A stretch of 26,713 nt of DNA, taken from positions 1 to 26,713 of the IMG/VR virus record IMGVR_UViG_3300043119_000142, one strand, 5' to 3'. The DNA comes from a virus. Lineage: Duplodnaviria; Caudoviricetes. Numbering within the stretch: the stretch's first letter is position 1; every line of letters begins with the position of its first letter. The notes below the pieces were generated by a model. The model saw nothing but the letters and a program-made list of their open reading frames with translations. It was not told the DNA's origin and searched no databases. Both the position numbers and the translations under genes were made by a program. Shown one piece after another: positions 23,938-26,713 of the stretch.

Positions 23938-24167
23938 AAACAATTGTTGCTCATAGCTTCACCCTCGGAGATGTTGAAGACCCTGACATCTATGCTGCCG
24001 AGCCTCTTTGGGAATGGCAGAATAGTGAAGCAGGTAAATGGGCAATGGAAAACTGTTCTGATACTCCCAGTTGGCACCGAGTCATGATTCCTTATGGATA
24101 TAGTTATCATGTAGAAATTACACTAACCCCTAAGCAACTTGTATATTGGAAGCTGAAATATGACTAA
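23934..24167 (+). CDS. Hypothetical phage protein (77 aa)
   Basis: ATGA overlap; GDVEDPDIYAAEPLWEWQ.SEAGKW. Confidence 0.7.
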   Translation: MKTIVAHSFTLGDVEDPDIYAAEPLWEWQNSEAGKWAMENCSDTPSWHRVMIPYGYSYHVEITLTPKQLVYWKLKYD

Positions 24168-24459
24168 TAAAGAACAGCGGCGCCTGCAACTTATCAACGA
24201 CATGTGCCTAACAGTTAGACACGATTATGGAATCACAATTAGTGAAGATGATCGTATGTACACGCTTAATTCAGGAATGACTGAACTGGAACGAAAAGGA
24301 TTTTTCAATACCATGACACAGGTTTTTGACCATCACGTTGAACCTATTCTAAAAGAGCGTGATGAGTTGATTGGCGGCAACATGATTCCCCTTCCTAAGA
24401 GTGAACAACACGCCAAAGCTATGATTCTATTAGCAGAATATTATTTGAATAATAGATGA
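24160..24459 (+). CDS. Hypothetical protein (99 aa)
   Basis: Overlapping co-oriented ORF; no recognisable motif. Confidence 0.65.
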   Translation: MTNKEQRRLQLINDMCLTVRHDYGITISEDDRMYTLNSGMTELERKGFFNTMTQVFDHHVEPILKERDELIGGNMIPLPKSEQHAKAMILLAEYYLNNR

Positions 24460-24475
24460 GGATTTCAAGCCTACT

Positions 24476-25552
24476 ATGAGTGGCTATCTAATTCCGCATC
24501 ACGGTCTAAAAAGACAATACTATAACCTGCAAGATGAGTTGCTAGATACAACTCACGAGGCTCTGAAAGAAGGGGTGTTGATTGATGGTCCCTTTACCGC
24601 TGCACTAGAATCATGGCTTTGCAATTACACAGGGTGTAAATTTGCTACAGTAACGCATAGCGGAACCCACGCACTAGAATTTATTGCAGGGTATCACTAT
24701 GATTTAACATTTTTAGCAGGGGAAGAAGACGCACCTCGTATTCGTATTCCTAATCTAAGTTCTCCTTCTACACTAAATGCATTTGTTAGTACAGGATGGG
24801 ATGTAGAACTAGTCGATACGGATAGCAACGGAATAATCAAGTTTGACGATGACTATGAAGATGGCTTCGATGTATACACCTGCTATGTAGGATTATGTGG
24901 TGCAAGCGTAGACCGCAATTTCTATTCTAACACAATTGTAGATGGGTCGCAACATTGGCTATCAGTAAACCAACATCAAATAGGTGATGCTATGGCTATC
25001 AGCTTTGATCCTACTAAGAACTTACCGAGCAGTGGTAACGGCGGCGCAATTGTAACAAATGACCAATCACTATATGATTGGGCAAAGGTTATGAAGAATA
25101 ATGGCAAGCTGGATCACTACTATCCTGGTACTAACAGTAAGATGAGTGAATTAGAGTGTGCCCATCTGATGGTTAAAACCAATTACATTGATAGCTGGCA
25201 AAATCGCAGAGAACAAATACGAAATTACTATTTGGATAGATTTGAGGATTTGCCGATTCGGTGTCTCAGTGAACCTTTTAAAAAACATGCGGATCAAAAG
25301 TTTGTCATCTATACTCCAGAAAGAGGTGAACTGTATACGTTCTTAGAGAGTAACAAGATTGAAGCGCGGGTACACTATCCTCAGGCAATAAGTGAGCTAC
25401 CTATTGCTAAGGATATTATCAAGAAGCCAGACATGATTAGCACAAGTATTGCATTGTCTAGGGGCGTACTGAGTCTTCCTATCTATCCTGAATTAACCGA
25501 TAGTGAAGTAGAAACTATTGCAGATAAAATACATAAGTTTTTTGATAAATAA
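24476..25552 (+). CDS. Full-length DegT/DnrJ/EryC1/StrS-family aminotransferase
   Basis: SGTHALE, VDGSQ, SFDPTKNL..GNGGAIVT, GTNSKMSE, VHYP, LSLPIYPEL. Confidence 0.9.
   Translation: MSGYLIPHHGLKRQYYNLQDELLDTTHEALKEGVLIDGPFTAALESWLCNYTGCKFATVTHSGTHALEFIAGYHYDLTFLAGEEDAPRIRIPNLSSPSTLNAFVSTGWDVELVDTDSNGIIKFDDDYEDGFDVYTCYVGLCGASVDRNFYSNTIVDGSQHWLSVNQHQIGDAMAISFDPTKNLPSSGNGGAIVTNDQSLYDWAKVMKNNGKLDHYYPGTNSKMSELECAHLMVKTNYIDSWQNRREQIRNYYLDRFEDLPIRCLSEPFKKHADQKFVIYTPERGELYTFLESNKIEARVHYPQAISELPIAKDIIKKPDMISTSIALSRGVLSLPIYPELTDSEVETIADKIHKFFDK
25546..25551 (+). promoter_or_regulatory. Putative late promoter TAAATA
   Basis: gaTAAATA lies 8 nt before ATG 25560, with no SD. Confidence 0.55.
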
Positions 25553-25559
25553 AAACGTT

Positions 25560-26021
25560 ATGAACATTTACTGGCTACTCACACTTCTTCCTGTATGGAT
25601 CATTCACTCAGTATTAGGGCTGGGCGTATTAGGTCTATTGATTGCATTCTTTGTGCAACGCATTCCGTTTGTTAAAACATATGGATATATGATTAAGATT
25701 GTATCTTCAATCTTACTAGTGCTGGGACTATTCTTGCAAGGTGCATTAGCGTATAAAGAAAGCACTGCTCTAGCAGTAGCAAAACTTGAAGCTAAGTTAG
25801 CTAAAGCCGAAGCAAAATCACAGAAAACTAACGTCGAAATTGTTGAGAAGATTGTTAAAGACACCGAGGTCGTCCGAGTAAAAGGCAAGACCATCACTGA
25901 ATATGTTGACCGTGAAGTTGTCAAATACGAAAACAAATGTCCACTTCCTTCTGAGGTCATCCGCGCACATAATGCTGCTGCTACGATGGATCTTAGTAAG
26001 CTTGAAGGAGACAAGAAGTGA
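25560..26021 (+). CDS. Putative inner-membrane spanin (Rz-like; start reassigned to 25560)
   Basis: N-terminal TM segments, Ala/Lys coiled coil, a Val/Glu/Lys-rich region and a C-terminal Cys; overlaps a lipoprotein gene. Confidence 0.65.
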   Translation: MNIYWLLTLLPVWIIHSVLGLGVLGLLIAFFVQRIPFVKTYGYMIKIVSSILLVLGLFLQGALAYKESTALAVAKLEAKLAKAEAKSQKTNVEIVEKIVKDTEVVRVKGKTITEYVDREVVKYENKCPLPSEVIRAHNAAATMDLSKLEGDKK

Positions 26022-26290
26022 AGAAACTAATGCTTCTCCCGCTTGCTTTACTGTCCGGATGTGCCATTACAGCAGTTCCGGTCGCCCCTAAGTTTCCAGA
26101 AGCTCCTGCAACACTCTTAGAAAAGTGTGCTGCCCTTAAAGAAGTTGCCGAAGATGCCTCACTTACTGACTTCACTAAAATAGTAGTAGAAAACTATGTG
26201 CTATACCATGAATGCAAAGTCAAAGTTGAAGGCTGGAATGAATGGTATACTAAGCAAAAAGCTATATTTGAAGAAGCTACCAAAAAGTAA
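26018..26290 (+). CDS. Putative outer-membrane spanin lipoprotein (Rz1-like)
   Basis: GTG start with SD ggag, lipobox LLSGC, Pro-rich linker and additional Cys residues. Confidence 0.75.
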   Translation: MKKLMLLPLALLSGCAITAVPVAPKFPEAPATLLEKCAALKEVAEDASLTDFTKIVVENYVLYHECKVKVEGWNEWYTKQKAIFEEATKK

Positions 26291-26336
26291 TCTTGAGTCT
26301 AGTATGATAAATACTAGATAACAACGGAAGATTACT
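26286..26336 (+). promoter_or_regulatory. Nested inverted repeat containing the late promoter TAAATA (26308-26313) and covering the RBS
   Basis: Outer arms agtaatctt/aagattact (9 bp) and inner arms tctagtat/atactaga (8 bp). Confidence 0.65.
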
Positions 26337-26713
26337 ATGTCCACCCAAGAAATTATTAATATTGGTACACTACCTAACGATGGCGAAGGCGATCCGCTAA
26401 GAGTAGCGTTTGGTAAGATCAATAATAACTTCTCTAACCTTTTTCCTACTGCTGTAAACACAAGCAGCACATATACTAACGGTGACACTCCCGGACAGAT
26501 TATCTTTGAAACTCCCGCTAATACTTTTACAATGGGTCAACTTTATATGTACGCTGCTGATGCTGAGGGCAATAGCAGTCAATCAATGCAACTTAATGCT
26601 CAAATCAATCAGGCATTAGATGATGCAAAGTTTAGTGCAGTTGGCACCTCAGTATTCGGAAATGCGTTGACAACTTACAGTATGCAGGTTTCTGGGGGCA
26701 ATGTTCAACTATT
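26337..26713 (+). CDS. Virion structural protein with a T4 gp9/gp10-like N-terminus, 3'-truncated (not in the ORF track)
   Basis: MSTQEIINIGTLPNDGEGDPLRVAFGKINNNFSNLF matches the INIG..NDG.GD.LR.AF.KIN.NF motif; the frame stays open to the window end. Confidence 0.8.
   Translation, partial: MSTQEIINIGTLPNDGEGDPLRVAFGKINNNFSNLFPTAVNTSSTYTNGDTPGQIIFETPANTFTMGQLYMYAADAEGNSSQSMQLNAQINQALDDAKFSAVGTSVFGNALTTYSMQVSGGNVQL

Noticed and set aside
1892-26582. Numerous 60-137 aa ORFs nested in or antisense to larger genes
   Set aside because: They lie within well-supported CDSs and have no motifs or translation signals.
1-26713. Stop-codon reassignment
   Set aside because: Long genes are intact and tightly packed under the standard code, with no fragmentation at TAG or TGA.

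Overview
This is a gene-dense, AT-rich window in the standard genetic code. It reads as part of a large, T4-like (jumbo) tailed phage genome: it has ThyA and DHFR, a spanin pair, a baseplate gp9/gp10-type N-terminal motif, and a recurrent TAAATA late-promoter motif. The host is probably an alphaproteobacterium, because the phage carries a circularly permuted two-piece tmRNA with the GGCGGTA T-loop and an ANDN...LAA tag. The left part (1-14800) is a long cluster of tailoring enzymes: B12-dependent radical SAM, SGNH-like protein, a minimal DegT aminotransferase, amidinotransferase, two cupin/2OG-Fe(II) oxygenases, NodU/CmcH carbamoyltransferase, a 1451-aa repeat/glycosyltransferase-like protein, a methyltransferase and a sulfotransferase. 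A sigma70-driven island of small genes plus tmRNA interrupts this cluster. The centre holds a 901-aa polyvalent protein (nucleotidyltransferase, PG-binding, GNAT and ART-like modules joined at [ILV]-x-E motifs) and an early MoxR AAA+ / DUF2201-VWA peptidase module. The right part has small hypothetical genes, dfr-thyA, a full-length DegT, spanins and the start of a structural gene. All products were assigned by eye from motifs; no database search was run.
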